A DNA stretch of 64,000 bases from Sphingomonadales bacterium (GTDB lineage: Bacteria > Pseudomonadota > Alphaproteobacteria > Sphingomonadales > Sphingomonadaceae): positions 29,592-93,591 of the forward strand of contig JBBRCT010000007.1 of the NCBI GenBank assembly GCA_038204585.1, given 5' to 3'. A program made the position numbers and the translations under genes. The notes below the pieces were generated by a model. It did no database searches, was not told where the DNA came from, and worked only from the letters and a program-made list of their open reading frames with translations. Positions 48,789 through 60,268 of the stretch are shown here, one piece after another. Each line of letters begins with the position of its first letter. Position 1 is the stretch's first letter.

Positions 48789-49892
48789 ATGTCGTTGATT
48801 CCTGTCGCCCTGATTGGGGTGGGCAATTGCGTTTCGTCGCTTGTGCAGGGCCTTTACCACTACGCCAATGGCGGGTCCAACGACGAGCAAGGCCTTATGC
48901 ATTGGGATATGGGCGGCTATCGGCCCAAGGACATCAAGGTTGTGTCGGCCTGGGATATTGATGCCCGCAAGGTTGGCAAGGATGTGTCCGAGGCGATCTT
49001 TGCCAAGCCTAATTGCACTGCTGTGTTCTGCGATCATGTTGAGCCGACGGGAACTATCGTCCAGATGGGGCGGATTCTCGATGGTGTTTCGCCGCATATG
49101 GCTTCCCACCCGGAGCATCGGCGCTTCATCGTCTCCGACGCTCCGCAGCCGACCAAGGCCGAGGTCGTTGAAAGCCTGAAGCGTTCCGGTGCTGAGGTGA
49201 TGTGCAATTATTTACCGGTCGGCAGCCAGGAGGCCACCGAATTCTACGCTGATGTGGCGATTACGGCAGGCGTGGCGTTCGTTAACAACATGCCGGTGTT
49301 CATCGCTTCCAACCCGGTATGGGCGGAAAAATTCCGGGCGGCCGGTGTGCCGATCATTGGTGATGACATCAAGGCGCAGCTTGGTGCCACCATCGTCCAC
49401 CGGACATTGACCGACCTGTTTGCCAAGCGCGGCGTAACGCTGGACCGGACGTATCAGCTGAACACCGGCGGCAACACCGACTTTCTGAACATGCTGAACC
49501 GTGAGCGGCTGGCTTCTAAGAAGGAATCTAAAACCGAGGCTGTGCAATCGGTGGCGCATACCAGGCTTGACGATGAGAACATCCATGTTGGGCCTTCGGA
49601 CTATGTGCCGTGGCAGAACGACAACAAGGTCTGCTTCTTGCGCATGGAAGGCCGTATGTTTGGCGGCGTGCCGATGAACATAGAGCTTCGTCTATCGGTG
49701 GAAGACAGCCCGAACTCGGCGGGCGTTGCCATCGATATGATCCGTTGTGCAAAGATTGCACTCGATCGTGGCCTGGCAGGCCCGGTTCTTCAGCCATCAT
49801 CCTATTTCTGCAAGCATCCGCCCGTGCAGGTGACCGATGATGAGGCCTTTGTGGCAGTTGAACAGTTTGTTGCTGGCGAGACGCTGAACTAG
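48789..49892 (+). CDS. ino1: myo-inositol-1(3)-phosphate synthase (MIPS)
   Basis: GVGNCVSSLVQG, GDDIK, YQLNTGGNTDFLNM, KKESKT, HVGPSDYV, DSPNSAG, KHPP. Confidence 0.96.
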   Translation: MSLIPVALIGVGNCVSSLVQGLYHYANGGSNDEQGLMHWDMGGYRPKDIKVVSAWDIDARKVGKDVSEAIFAKPNCTAVFCDHVEPTGTIVQMGRILDGVSPHMASHPEHRRFIVSDAPQPTKAEVVESLKRSGAEVMCNYLPVGSQEATEFYADVAITAGVAFVNNMPVFIASNPVWAEKFRAAGVPIIGDDIKAQLGATIVHRTLTDLFAKRGVTLDRTYQLNTGGNTDFLNMLNRERLASKKESKTEAVQSVAHTRLDDENIHVGPSDYVPWQNDNKVCFLRMEGRMFGGVPMNIELRLSVEDSPNSAGVAIDMIRCAKIALDRGLAGPVLQPSSYFCKHPPVQVTDDEAFVAVEQFVAGETLN

Positions 49893-49917
49893 TCTGAACT
49901 GGGCCGGGTACGCGAGC

Positions 49918-50616
49918 GTGCAGGCGATCATCCTTGCCGCTGGTATGGGCACACGTTTACGCAGCGTATCGGCCTCAAAGCCGCTGACTCTTGTTGGCGG
50001 TAAGCCACTCCTGCGCCGCATAATGGACAATCTTGCAGCCGCCGGTGTGAGCAGGACGGTTGTGATTACTGGCTATGAGGGGGACCGTGTGTCTGCTGCG
50101 GCGCGGGCTGCGGGCGCGGAGACGGTGCACAATGACCGCTGGGCCGAGCCGAACGGGGTTTCTGTTATGGCAGCCTCTGTGGTGCTGGAGGAAAAGGCAT
50201 TGCTGGTGATGGGCGATCATTTGGCGTCGCCGGAACTTTACGCTGCCGTGGCGGCGGCGTCGCTGGTCAATGCCGGGCTGGTTCTTGGGGTTGATCGCAG
50301 GTTGGGGCATCCATGGGTGGACGAAGAAGATGTGACGCGCGTTTCAACGCGGCCGTCGAGTGAAGGTGCTGACCGGATTGTTGCCATAGGCAAGTCTATC
50401 GCCAGCTATGATGCGTATGATTGCGGGGTTTTCCTTATTACCGCCGAGCTTATGGATGCGTTGGCCAGGCTGCCGCGACCGGGTCTTTCCGACGGGGTGA
50501 GGGTGCTTGCTGCCCGTGGTCGGGCAGCGGTGCACGATGTGTCGCTTCACGATTGGATCGATATTGATGATCCGCGGGCCCTTGCGCTCGCCGAGCAATG
50601 GGTGGCGGCAGCTTAG
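49918..50616 (+). CDS. CTP:inositol-phosphate cytidylyltransferase-like (IPCT/LicC family)
   Basis: ILAAGMGTRL, KPL, NGVS, MGDH, DCGVF, WIDIDD; directly downstream of MIPS. Confidence 0.82.
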   Translation: MQAIILAAGMGTRLRSVSASKPLTLVGGKPLLRRIMDNLAAAGVSRTVVITGYEGDRVSAAARAAGAETVHNDRWAEPNGVSVMAASVVLEEKALLVMGDHLASPELYAAVAAASLVNAGLVLGVDRRLGHPWVDEEDVTRVSTRPSSEGADRIVAIGKSIASYDAYDCGVFLITAELMDALARLPRPGLSDGVRVLAARGRAAVHDVSLHDWIDIDDPRALALAEQWVAAA

Positions 50617-52190
50617 AAACGCTGACGCAATTGGACTTCGATTGCTGCGCGTGATGCTCTGCGGCCCGGTGTGCTGGGACTGTCGGATTGCCACCGCGTT
50701 TCAATCCTGAGATCGCCAAACTTCAATGGCAGTTCGGCGCCGGCGGTGAGAATAGCGAATTTTTCGGATGACGTTGAAACCGGATTGCTGATCGCGGGAC
50801 CTGGGCTGCCATCGGGCCTTGGGAAAATGGCTGTGGGCGGATTGCCGAGATCGATGATGTTGAGATGGACGGAGCGTGCCGATGTATACCAGCGGCGATT
50901 GCGTGTATCGGTGATGGCGGCGTGGATTACGAGATTGCGGCTATCACCTGCGGACCAATGGCCGATGGGGCGACCGCGATAGGTGAATCCGGATGTGTAC
51001 AGGCTGTTGTTATAAAACGCGCCGGGATAGCGGGTTTGGCCACCGGTGGCGGCTTCGAGCGGCGTGCCGTTGAAAAACGAGACCGCCAGTGTATCGGAAT
51101 ATTCGATTGTCGTGGAGTAGCTGGCACCGCGACTGCCGGCTGCACCGCTCAGCGTGAGGCCGATGAGACGGCCCCATTGTTCGAGGATGATATTGTCGAA
51201 ATCCTCGGCCTCCCCTTCGAAATAGAGCTTGGCGGCGACGCCCCTGAAGTTGTGCGTGTAGCTGAGATCGAAGCCGGCAAGCTGGTTGCCGGCCTGGGAC
51301 AGGAACGCGGCGGTATTACCCGGATCCGGATTATCGGCATTGCCGACGCCGATGAAGGATTGCGCGATCTGGCGCAGTCCGCATGGGCGCCCTTGACCGC
51401 AAAGCATCTGCGCACGGTTAAGGCCGACCTCGAAGCCCTGTGAGGGCATGAAACTGAGGCGCGTGCCGACGGTGATGGCATTGTTGAAATCCCGATTCTC
51501 GTTGAGGACGCCGGCGAACAGATCGAGCCGGACCGGGCCGAGCCAGCGCAGGACGGGGAGATCAATCGGATCGGGATTGAGGCGTTTTATGCCAATTTTT
51601 GGTATCGGGCGGGCGCTGTTGGAGAATAGGAGCGCGCCATCGACGCCGGGGCCGAACCATTGCTCATTGTTGCCGGCATATAGAGCCCAATTGCCGAGGC
51701 GGAGGGTAGCCTGGGAGGGCTCAAGATGAAATGGTGCGCTGGCCTGATCGCTGCGGTAGCCGCCGCCGACGCTGATTGAGATGATATCGCCATTGGCTTC
51801 GATACGGCCGGACACATCGGCCTTTCCCCGGGCAAGCGTTCCGAAATCGCGGGCGGTGGAGACTTCGTTGGTGCCCATCAGCCGGGCTTCGACAGCGATG
51901 CCCTTGGCGTTGAAATCGGCCAGTCGATCGAGTCTCGTGACGGCGGCCTGGAGATGAAGCGGCAGTGCGCGGCCGTCCTTGGCGCGATTGAGGCCTGATT
52001 CTATCTGTGCCCAGGGCAACGGCCAGCTGTCTACCGGGCCACGGATAAGCCCGGCAGCCGCGAGCAAGCCGACATCCTGACGGAGTTGGCGATCGCCGAC
52101 TTCGGCGAAAGGTCCGGCGACCGCCGTTGTTCCTGATGCGGTGGCGATCAGGACGGCAGCAAACCGGATCAGAAAGCGGCTTGCTGCCAT
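50613..52190 (-). CDS. wzi: Capsule assembly Wzi-family outer-membrane protein
   Basis: Signal peptide, LAAAGLI..PVDSWPLPW, WFGPG.DGALLFSNSARP, GNQLAGFD, terminal Phe. Confidence 0.9.
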   Translation of the reverse strand: MAASRFLIRFAAVLIATASGTTAVAGPFAEVGDRQLRQDVGLLAAAGLIRGPVDSWPLPWAQIESGLNRAKDGRALPLHLQAAVTRLDRLADFNAKGIAVEARLMGTNEVSTARDFGTLARGKADVSGRIEANGDIISISVGGGYRSDQASAPFHLEPSQATLRLGNWALYAGNNEQWFGPGVDGALLFSNSARPIPKIGIKRLNPDPIDLPVLRWLGPVRLDLFAGVLNENRDFNNAITVGTRLSFMPSQGFEVGLNRAQMLCGQGRPCGLRQIAQSFIGVGNADNPDPGNTAAFLSQAGNQLAGFDLSYTHNFRGVAAKLYFEGEAEDFDNIILEQWGRLIGLTLSGAAGSRGASYSTTIEYSDTLAVSFFNGTPLEAATGGQTRYPGAFYNNSLYTSGFTYRGRPIGHWSAGDSRNLVIHAAITDTRNRRWYTSARSVHLNIIDLGNPPTAIFPRPDGSPGPAISNPVSTSSEKFAILTAGAELPLKFGDLRIETRWQSDSPSTPGRRASRAAIEVQLRQRF

Positions 52191-52202
52191 GGTGTGACGC
52201 TC

Positions 52203-53489
52203 TCAGCTACGCAGGCTGAGGGGCACATAGTCCCGCACATCGGGTCCTGTGTAGAGCTGGCGCGGCCGCCCTATTTTCTGCTCGGGGTCTTCCATCATCT
52301 CGGTCCATTGCGCGATCCAGCCTACAGAGCGGGAAATGGCGAAAAGTACGGTGAACATCGATGTGGGGAAGCCGATCGCCGACATGACCACGCCGGAATA
52401 GAAATCGACGTTCGGGTATAGCTTCTTGTCGATGAAATACTGGTCTGTCAGAGCGATATGCTCAAGCTCGCGAGCAACATCGAAAATCGGATCGGCAATA
52501 CCGAGTCGGTCGAGGATATTCTTGGCGACGCCGGCCATGACCTTGGCGCGCGGATCATAGCTCTTGTAGACCCGGTGGCCGAAGCCCATCAGACGGAACG
52601 GATCGTCCTTATTTTTGGCCCGGGCAATGAACTCCGGGATACGGTCGGGGGTGCCGATTTCCCGCAGCATGTTGAGCGCAGCTTCGTTGGCGCCGCCATG
52701 GGCAGGGCCCCAGAGGCAGGCGATTCCGGCTGAGATACAGGCGAAAGGATTTGCGCCCGATGAACCGGCGAGGCGGACTGTCGACGTGCTGGCGTTTTGC
52801 TCATGATCGGCCTGCAGGATGAGCAGCTTTTCCATCGCGTCCTCGACGACGGGATCGATAATGTAAGGCTCGGCAGGGACGCCGAAGGTCATGCGCAGAA
52901 AATTACCGGCGAATGACAAGGAGTTATCCGGATAGAGGAAGGGTTGGCCGACGCTGTATTTGTATGCCATGGCAGCGAGCGTCGGCATCTTGGCGATGAT
53001 ACGGTGTGAAGCGATGACGCGTTGCTGCGGATCGTGAATGTCGGTGGAATCGTGATAAAATGCGGCCATGGCGCCGACGATTCCGCACATGATGGCCATT
53101 GGGTGGGCATCGCGCCGAAAACCACGATAGAATTGCGCCAGCTGTTCGTGGATCATAGTGTGGCGGGTGATGAGATGCGTGAACTCGTGATGTTCGTCCG
53201 CACTTGGCAGATCGCCATTCAGCAGGAGATAGGCAACTTCGAGAAAGCTCGATTTTTCAGCGAGCTGATCGATGGGATAGCCACGATAGAGCAGCACGCC
53301 AGCGTCACCATCAATGTAGGTGATTTTCGATTCGCACGAAGCGGTGCTTGTGAAGCCCGGATCATAGGTGAAGCGCCCGGTATTGGCATAAAGCTTGCGG
53401 ATATCGATGACCTGAGGGCCTACGGAGCCGGACAGGACCGCATAGTCGTTGCTGTTCCCATCCAACTTGATTGAGGCTGAGTTGCTCAT
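52203..53489 (-). CDS. gltA: Citrate synthase (type II)
   Basis: [36 protein letters not shown]. Confidence 0.98.
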   Translation of the reverse strand: MSNSASIKLDGNSNDYAVLSGSVGPQVIDIRKLYANTGRFTYDPGFTSTASCESKITYIDGDAGVLLYRGYPIDQLAEKSSFLEVAYLLLNGDLPSADEHHEFTHLITRHTMIHEQLAQFYRGFRRDAHPMAIMCGIVGAMAAFYHDSTDIHDPQQRVIASHRIIAKMPTLAAMAYKYSVGQPFLYPDNSLSFAGNFLRMTFGVPAEPYIIDPVVEDAMEKLLILQADHEQNASTSTVRLAGSSGANPFACISAGIACLWGPAHGGANEAALNMLREIGTPDRIPEFIARAKNKDDPFRLMGFGHRVYKSYDPRAKVMAGVAKNILDRLGIADPIFDVARELEHIALTDQYFIDKKLYPNVDFYSGVVMSAIGFPTSMFTVLFAISRSVGWIAQWTEMMEDPEQKIGRPRQLYTGPDVRDYVPLSLRS

Positions 53490-53508
53490 CCCTTGGGCCC
53501 TTTCGCTT

Positions 53509-54951
53509 TCAAGCGCTTGTTGTTGATATTGTTGTTAACGCAATTACATCATCAATACGACCTAGTGACTCGTCTCGCCCGAGGGCTTCCATCACATCGA
53601 AAATGCCCGGTGATTGGGCAGCGCCGGTGAGTGCGGCTCGCAATGGCTGGGCAATGCTGCCAAGTTTAATCGATTCAGCGTCTGCCAGCTCCCTTGCCGA
53701 TGCTTCAAGGCCAGCCACACCCCAGGGCGTTACAGCTGCAAGCGCCGTGCGCGCCCGGGAAAGCAGGCCCTGTGGCGCTGATGCTAGCAGCCGCAGTGCG
53801 GCATCGTCCATGTTTATTGGGCGAGTGCGAAGATAGAAAAGCGTAGATGCAGCCAAGCTATTGATATCTATAGCACGCTTCTTCAGTTCGGGCATGCTGC
53901 GTTGCAGCAGGTCGCTATCGACCTGACTCAACTTGCGGCCGAGCGTCGACTCAATGGCTGGTGTTATCAGGCCGGTGAGGCGAGTATCGTCGGCTGTTCG
54001 AAGATAGTGACCGTTGACCGATTCGAGCTTCTTCATGTCGAAGCGCGACGGGCTGCGGCCCACACCCTCGAGATTGAACCACTCGATAGCCTGTGCGCGG
54101 GTTATGAACTCATCGTCGCCATGTCCCCAGCCGAGGCGGAGGAGATAGTTTTCGAGTGCCTCGGGAAGCATGCCAAACTGATCGCGGTAGGCGTCGACAC
54201 CAAGCGCACCATGGCGCTTGGAGAGCTTTGCGCCATCAGCGCCGTGGATGAGCGGAATATGGGCATAGACAGGCTCCGGCCAGCCCATGGCTCTGATGAG
54301 CGCCAGCTGGCGGAATGCGTTGTTGAGATGATCATCGCCGCGAATAATATGGGTGACACCCATATCGTGATCATCAACGACCACGGCGAGCATGTAGGTG
54401 GGGGTGCCGTCCGAGCGGAGGAGCACCATGTCGTCGAGCTCGGCATTGGCGACGGTAACCGGGCCCTGAACCTGGTCGTTGATGGTGACATTGCCAGTTT
54501 GGGGTGCTTTGAGGCGAATAACGAAAGGCTGACCTTGCGGCCAGTCAGTCCGATCGCGCCAGCGTCCGTCGTAGCGGAGCGGGCGCTTTTGGGCGCGCTG
54601 CTCGGCGCGCATGGCTTCAAGCTCCTCGGCTGTGGCGAAGCAGCGATAGGCGTGGCCGGCGGCGAGCAGCTGGTTTGCGACTTCGGCATGTCGAGCGGCA
54701 CGGCTGAACTGGTAAATCACCTCGCCATCATGATCGAGGCCGAGCCATTGCATGCCATCGAGAATTGCAGCGATGGCTTCATCTGTGGAGCGGACGCGAT
54801 CGGTATCTTCAATCCGCAGGTGGAACTCGCCGCCGTGATGGCGCGCGAACAGAAAGTTGAAGAGCGCGGTGCGGGCGCCGCCGATATGCAGAAAACCGGT
54901 GGGCGAGGGAGCGAAACGAGTGACGACCTTTGCGGGAGCGCTTGCGCTCAT
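53509..54951 (-). CDS. gltX: Glutamate--tRNA ligase
   Basis: [25 protein letters not shown]; ATG at 54951. Confidence 0.97.
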   Translation of the reverse strand: MSASAPAKVVTRFAPSPTGFLHIGGARTALFNFLFARHHGGEFHLRIEDTDRVRSTDEAIAAILDGMQWLGLDHDGEVIYQFSRAARHAEVANQLLAAGHAYRCFATAEELEAMRAEQRAQKRPLRYDGRWRDRTDWPQGQPFVIRLKAPQTGNVTINDQVQGPVTVANAELDDMVLLRSDGTPTYMLAVVVDDHDMGVTHIIRGDDHLNNAFRQLALIRAMGWPEPVYAHIPLIHGADGAKLSKRHGALGVDAYRDQFGMLPEALENYLLRLGWGHGDDEFITRAQAIEWFNLEGVGRSPSRFDMKKLESVNGHYLRTADDTRLTGLITPAIESTLGRKLSQVDSDLLQRSMPELKKRAIDINSLAASTLFYLRTRPINMDDAALRLLASAPQGLLSRARTALAAVTPWGVAGLEASARELADAESIKLGSIAQPLRAALTGAAQSPGIFDVMEALGRDESLGRIDDVIALTTISTTSA

Positions 54952-54981
54952 GGTTTGAATGTCCAATGCTACTGACGAGGG

Positions 54982-57138
54982 TTGTGGGGCCGTTTGGCGC
55001 CGGGGCGGAGCCGTTATCGGGTGACTAGCAGAACCCTTTGGGTGGTTCAAACCGCATCCGGCCGAGGCCCGCTGGCTCGGCTCACGGCGCTCGTTCAGGC
55101 AGAACGCGAGATGTTCCCGCTATGGTTGCCGGTTGCGCTTGGGGCGGGCGTGGTGAGCTGGTTTCTTTTGCCCTGGCAGGCGCAGCGGCTTGGGCTGGCT
55201 GTGATGGCTGGCGGGTTTGGACTTGGGCTGTTTCTGATGGGGCGACGTTGGCCGGCTACGCTGATGCTCATGATAGTTTTGGGGCTTGGTGCATCGGAAT
55301 TTCGATCTACGCGAACAGCGCATTTGGTACTTCCTGATCGGCGGATGGCTAGTTTGACGGCCAGTGTTGTGACGATAGAGCCGAGGTTGGCGCGTGATCA
55401 GCTGCGACTTTTGCTTGATGTCGACCCGCAGCAGGGGGTTCCGGACAGGGTTCGGGTGACGCTGAGAGGACACGCTGCGGTTCGGGCTATGGCCGCCGAG
55501 GGGCTGGGATCCGGTGCTCGGGTGGAATTGCGTGCGATGCTGATGCCACCGGCGGGACCGATGTTTCCCGGCGGCTTTGATGCATCCCGGTCTCTGTGGT
55601 TCGATGACGTGGGTGCGACCGGAACCGTTCTGGGTCCTTTAAGAGTGCTGAGTTCGGCGCCTGAACCTGAGGGGTTGATGGCGTGGTTGGCGGATATCAG
55701 GCGAGCGCTGACCCGAAGGATTACGACGTCGATACCGGGAGAAGCGGGGGCGGTCGCTACGGTTTTTGTGACGGGAGACCGGGGCGCCGTACCGGAAGAT
55801 GCTGCCCAGGCTGTTCGGGATGCAGGGCTGGCGCATTTGCTGTCGATTTCGGGCCTACACATGGCGGTGGTGGTGGGGGGTGTGGTTTGGCTTATGCGGC
55901 GGATTCTCGGGCTTTTTCCGTGGCTGGCGCTTCGGGTTTCGGTGAAGGCATTGGCGCTCCTCGCCGGTGCGGCCGCGGGTCTTGGCTATACTTTGATGGC
56001 TGGCAGCGAGGTGCCGACTGTGCGCAGCCTGATCGCGACGCTGATCGTGCTGGCAGGATTATTGGCCGGGCGCGATGCGATTTCATTGCGGCTGTTGGCG
56101 GCGGGGGCCTTTGTGATTTTGCTGGTTCGGCCTGAAGCCTTGATGGGACCAAGCTTCCAGATGAGCTTTGCCGCAGTTGCCGCGATTGTGGCGCTTTATG
56201 AGACGACATTTGCAAAGCGGATGTTCGGGCCAGATGCTCAGGTCGGATGGGGCTTGCTGATGTTGCGGGGGCTTTTGGCATTGGTCGCCACGGGGTTTGT
56301 CGCTGAGGTAGCATTGTCTCCCATCGGGCTGTTCCATTTCCAGCAATCGGGACTCTACGGCATGATGGCAAATCTGCTGGCGATCCCGCTGGCCAGCTTT
56401 GGTATAATCCCGGCGTTGGTGCTCGGGCTATTGGGCGATGCGCTGGGGCTGGGGGCAGTGTCATATCGGCCGGCGGGCTGGATGGTCGAGGGACTGCTCG
56501 ACATCGCTTACTGGACCGCAGCGTTGCCAGGTGCGGTTGCGCGGCTGCCGGTGATGCCGAGCATGGCGTTCGGACTGATTGTGCTTGGGGGTCTATGGCT
56601 GATTTTGTGGCGTACTAATCTGAGACTTGGAGGTGTACCTATGGTTATAGCGGGCGCTGTGCTGGCGCTGATGTCTCCGCCGCCGGACCTGCTGGTGAGC
56701 CGTGATGGCCGGCATGTCGCCCTTCGTACGGCAGAGGGGCCTCTGGCCTTTCTGCGGCCTCGGACAGGCGCAATTTTACAGGAAAGCTGGTCGGCGGCAG
56801 TTGGCAATGACAATATTGCCCGGAAGTTTGATGATGTGCCCGGCATGAATTGCAGCCACGACTCCTGTCTGGGGCAAGTCGGATCGCGCACGCTGTTTGC
56901 AACACGGTCCCGAGAAATGCTTATGCAGGATAGCATGCAGCCTGCGTGCGAGGCGGCAGACATTGTAGTCAGCGAACGGCGGCTACCCGATTGGTGCTCA
57001 CCGCGCTGGCTCAGGCTCGACCAACAGGCATTGGAACGGCGCGGCGCTGTTGCGATCTGGCTTGAAAGTGGCCGGGTAAGGGGGGCGCGGGATAATCTCG
57101 GCGATCATCCCTGGGCGGGTGTTTCCAAGACCATGTGA
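54982..57138 (+). CDS. comEC: ComEC/Rec2 competence channel (start uncertain, probably downstream of 54982)
   Basis: GLAHLLSISGLHM, VPTVRS, SFQMSF, ANLLAIP. Confidence 0.92.
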   Translation: MWGRLAPGRSRYRVTSRTLWVVQTASGRGPLARLTALVQAEREMFPLWLPVALGAGVVSWFLLPWQAQRLGLAVMAGGFGLGLFLMGRRWPATLMLMIVLGLGASEFRSTRTAHLVLPDRRMASLTASVVTIEPRLARDQLRLLLDVDPQQGVPDRVRVTLRGHAAVRAMAAEGLGSGARVELRAMLMPPAGPMFPGGFDASRSLWFDDVGATGTVLGPLRVLSSAPEPEGLMAWLADIRRALTRRITTSIPGEAGAVATVFVTGDRGAVPEDAAQAVRDAGLAHLLSISGLHMAVVVGGVVWLMRRILGLFPWLALRVSVKALALLAGAAAGLGYTLMAGSEVPTVRSLIATLIVLAGLLAGRDAISLRLLAAGAFVILLVRPEALMGPSFQMSFAAVAAIVALYETTFAKRMFGPDAQVGWGLLMLRGLLALVATGFVAEVALSPIGLFHFQQSGLYGMMANLLAIPLASFGIIPALVLGLLGDALGLGAVSYRPAGWMVEGLLDIAYWTAALPGAVARLPVMPSMAFGLIVLGGLWLILWRTNLRLGGVPMVIAGAVLALMSPPPDLLVSRDGRHVALRTAEGPLAFLRPRTGAILQESWSAAVGNDNIARKFDDVPGMNCSHDSCLGQVGSRTLFATRSREMLMQDSMQPACEAADIVVSERRLPDWCSPRWLRLDQQALERRGAVAIWLESGRVRGARDNLGDHPWAGVSKTM

Positions 57139-57142
57139 GCGC

Positions 57143-57799
57143 TCAATGATAGCGCCGCAGAATACCTGCAAGCCGCCCCTGGACCTGCACCTGATCAGGA
57201 CGGTAGCGCTGCGATTGATGTGTGCTGTTGGCAGGATCAAGGCGCACAATGCCCTTCTCCCGTCTGAGATATTTGAGAGTGGCTTCGTTGTTGTCGATGA
57301 GGGCGACGACAATGTCCCCGTCACGAGCTTCGTCACAACGGCGGATAAGAGCATAATCACCATCGAAGATTCCGGCTTCGATCATGGAGTCGCCCGACAC
57401 TTCGAGCGCATAATGATCGCCCGGCCCGAGCAGCGCAGAGGGAACTGCGAGTGAACGGTCAGACTCGAGCGCCTCCAAGGGCAAGCCAGCGGCGATGCGG
57501 CCATGCAGCGGCACTGAAACGCTGTCATTAGCGGGTTCAGGGAGTGCTGCAGGCTTGAGAAATAGCTTCACGCCGGGGTTCATGGCATCTGGCAGGCGCA
57601 AAACTTCGAGGGCACGAGCGCGGTTGGGCAGGCGGCGAATAAAATGCCGCTCTTCAAGCGCGTTTATCAGCCTATGGACACCCGATTTGGAGCGGAGGCT
57701 GAGTGCATCCTTCATTTCCTCGAAGCTCGGCGAAATGCCGTTCTCCTTCAGGCGCGTGTCAATGAAGCCGAGAAGTTCCTGCTGCTTGCGCGTCAACAT
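57143..57799 (-). CDS. lexA: SOS repressor LexA
   Basis: [25 protein letters not shown] cleavage site, GDSM, ATLK. Confidence 0.97.
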   Translation of the reverse strand: MLTRKQQELLGFIDTRLKENGISPSFEEMKDALSLRSKSGVHRLINALEERHFIRRLPNRARALEVLRLPDAMNPGVKLFLKPAALPEPANDSVSVPLHGRIAAGLPLEALESDRSLAVPSALLGPGDHYALEVSGDSMIEAGIFDGDYALIRRCDEARDGDIVVALIDNNEATLKYLRREKGIVRLDPANSTHQSQRYRPDQVQVQGRLAGILRRYH

Positions 57800-57817
57800 G
57801 GCCCACACCCTTATTCG

Positions 57818-57853
57818 GAACACATGCGGAACGATTAGGCAACATAAGAGAAC
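57818..57853. promoter_or_regulatory. Tandem alphaproteobacterial LexA (SOS) boxes upstream of lexA
   Basis: GAAC-acatgcg-GAAC (57818-57832), then CAAC (57840-43) and GAAC (57850-53). Confidence 0.85.
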
Positions 57854-59034
57854 ATGTCAAGCGGGATGGCGGCCACTATGTCTCCAGACTGCGCAGCCGG
57901 CGCAAAAGCCTCGCGGAGAATGAGAACGTCTGCCATGGCCAGCAAGGCGAGTTGTGCGCTGTCCTGCGTTGGTGCGGGCTGAAGTGATCCGTCGGGTTGA
58001 CGCGTGGCGCGCAGATGATCCCGGCGATTGCCGTTGGCTGGAAGCGGCGCTGAAAGCTGCGCGTGGATGATTGGCAATGTTGTGGCGAGCCCTGCGATGG
58101 CGTGGATCAGCGGCCATGCAAACAGCAGCGCGCAAACATAGGCGGAAACGGGATTGCCCGGGAGGCCGAGAATGTGGGTGTTGCCCAGATGCCCCGCTAT
58201 GAGGGGCTTTCCAGGACGCATGGCGATTTTCCAGAAATCGAGTGTGGCGCCAAGGTCATTCAGGACTGGAATGATGAGATCGTGATCGCCGACTGAAGCG
58301 CCGCCAACGGTAATGATAAGGTCGGCTTTGGCCTTAGTGAGTGCGGCGGCAATCTGGTCGCGCTGATCGGGTAGAATGCCGAGATCGGAGACATCGGCGC
58401 CCGCCGCGGTCAGGAGGGCCGAGAGCATCGGGCCGGCGGCATTGACGATCTGGCCGGCGCCCGGACGGTGTCCGGCAGGTACAAGCTCATCGCCGGTGGC
58501 AATCAGGGTGACACGCGGCCGGGCATGAACGCTGACCCTGTTGTTGCCAGATGCCGCTAACAGGCCGAGATGGCGGGCCGTGAGTCTTGTGCCGGCCGGA
58601 ATTAGTGGTTGATCTTGGCTGAAATCTTGCCCCGCTGCTCGGACATGGGCGCCGATGTGGGGCGGGCCTTCGCCGATCAGGGTCGCGCTGTCTGCTGTTG
58701 CAGAAACCTCTTCCTGCACGATGACAGTATCTGCGCCTGCCGGCATGACCGCGCCGGTGAAGATGCGGACAGTTTGCCCCTTGGACAGTTCGCCTTGGAA
58801 CGGATGTCCGGCTGCGGATTGGCCTGTGATCGCAAATGGGCCCGGGAGATCATTGTAGCGAACGGCCCATCCGTCCATGGCGCTGGCGGGGAAGGGCGGT
58901 TGTGTGAGGCGGGCTACGACTTGCTTGGCGGTTGTTCGACCGGCCGCGTCTGCAAAGTAGATCTCTTCATGCGACAATTGTTTTACGCTGCTTAGCAACT
59001 GGGCGCGGGCGTCGTCAGGATGGATGAGGCTCAC
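57835..59034 (-). CDS. moeA: Molybdopterin molybdenumtransferase MoeA
   Basis: SAMDGWA, IFTGA, TGDEL, MRPGKP, LPGNPVS. Confidence 0.95.
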   Translation of the reverse strand: MSLIHPDDARAQLLSSVKQLSHEEIYFADAAGRTTAKQVVARLTQPPFPASAMDGWAVRYNDLPGPFAITGQSAAGHPFQGELSKGQTVRIFTGAVMPAGADTVIVQEEVSATADSATLIGEGPPHIGAHVRAAGQDFSQDQPLIPAGTRLTARHLGLLAASGNNRVSVHARPRVTLIATGDELVPAGHRPGAGQIVNAAGPMLSALLTAAGADVSDLGILPDQRDQIAAALTKAKADLIITVGGASVGDHDLIIPVLNDLGATLDFWKIAMRPGKPLIAGHLGNTHILGLPGNPVSAYVCALLFAWPLIHAIAGLATTLPIIHAQLSAPLPANGNRRDHLRATRQPDGSLQPAPTQDSAQLALLAMADVLILREAFAPAAQSGDIVAAIPLDMFSYVA

Positions 59035-59498
59035 GCCGTAAAGTCACCCGAACGGCCGCCAGACTTTTTGAGCAAGCGGATGCCGGTTATGGTCATGCCG
59101 CGATCCAGTGCCTTGGCCATGTCGTAAACTGTGAGTAGTGCGACTGAAACTGCTGTTATTGCTTCCATCTCGACGCCAGTGCCATGGGTTGTCACCACAG
59201 TTGCCTGCGCACGAATGCCGGTCGCCTCGATTTTCAGATCGAGGCTGATAGCGTCGAGTGGAAGCGGATGGCAGAGCGGTATGAGACTGGCTGTCTGCTT
59301 GGCGGCCATGATTCCGGCAATTCGGGCGGTTGCGATGGCATCGCCCTTTTCCAGCGTTGACTCCCGAATGGCTCTCAATGCCGCTTCTGCAATCAGGATG
59401 AAGCCTTCCGCCACAGCTTCGCGACGGGTCGCGGCCTTGGCTGAGATATCCACCATCTGAGCCGCCCCCGCTTCATCCAGATGGGTGAGCTTTGTCAT
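59031..59498 (-). CDS. moaC: Cyclic pyranopterin monophosphate synthase MoaC
   Basis: [29 protein letters not shown]. Confidence 0.97.
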   Translation of the reverse strand: MTKLTHLDEAGAAQMVDISAKAATRREAVAEGFILIAEAALRAIRESTLEKGDAIATARIAGIMAAKQTASLIPLCHPLPLDAISLDLKIEATGIRAQATVVTTHGTGVEMEAITAVSVALLTVYDMAKALDRGMTITGIRLLKKSGGRSGDFTA

Positions 59499-60268
59499 GC
59501 CAGAAGCGCTCTTGTTGCTGCTTCGACATCTTGTTGCCGCATTAGCGATTCGCCAATCAGGAAGGTGGTGATGCCGACGCCGCTGAGGCGCGCCAGTTCG
59601 GCTGGCCCGGAAAGGCCAGATTCTGCGACCAAAATGCGATCCGGGGTGTCTGAAAGCTCGATGCTGGTCTGAAGATCGACCTGTAATGTTTTCAAATTAC
59701 GATTATTAATTCCGAGGAGTGGTGTCTTGAGACAAAGAGCGCGATCGCGTTCCTCCGCATTGTGGACCTCGACCAGAACATCGAGGCCAAGATCATTGGC
59801 ATAAGCTTCGAAGTTCTGAGCCTCGTCGTCGGTGAGCGCCGCCATAATGAGCAATATGCAATCGGCTCCTATGGCGCGAGCATTGGCGATCTGCCAGCGG
59901 GTGACGGTGAAATCTTTGGCGAGAACAGGTAATTGGCAAGCTGCTCGCGCTTGCTGAAGAAACTCATCCGAGCCCAGAAACCATTCTTCTTCGGTAAGCA
60001 CCGACAGGCATGTGGCCCCTCCTGCGGAATACGCACGCGCAAGGTCGGCAGGCATGAAGTCTTGTCTAATCATGCCTTTTGACGGCGAAGCTCGCTTGAT
60101 TTCTGCGATCAAGGCATAGTGTTTAGCAGCCTGAATAGCCCTGATGAAGCCTCGGGGCGCCGGTGCGGCGATGGCGGCGGCTTCGCGCTCCGCCAGGCTC
60201 TGGACCTGCTGCCGTTCGGCGACGCGAAGGCGTTTGGCGTTGCAGATGGTGGCGAGAGTATCGGTCAT
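59495..60268 (-). CDS. trpC: Indole-3-glycerol phosphate synthase
   Basis: [31 protein letters not shown]. Confidence 0.96.
   Translation of the reverse strand: MTDTLATICNAKRLRVAERQQVQSLAEREAAAIAAPAPRGFIRAIQAAKHYALIAEIKRASPSKGMIRQDFMPADLARAYSAGGATCLSVLTEEEWFLGSDEFLQQARAACQLPVLAKDFTVTRWQIANARAIGADCILLIMAALTDDEAQNFEAYANDLGLDVLVEVHNAEERDRALCLKTPLLGINNRNLKTLQVDLQTSIELSDTPDRILVAESGLSGPAELARLSGVGITTFLIGESLMRQQDVEAATRALLA

Noticed and set aside
50613-52190. Capsule locus, or wzi as part of the inositol module
   Set aside because: No wza/wzc or glycosyltransferase genes nearby; wzi follows gltA and is convergent to the module.
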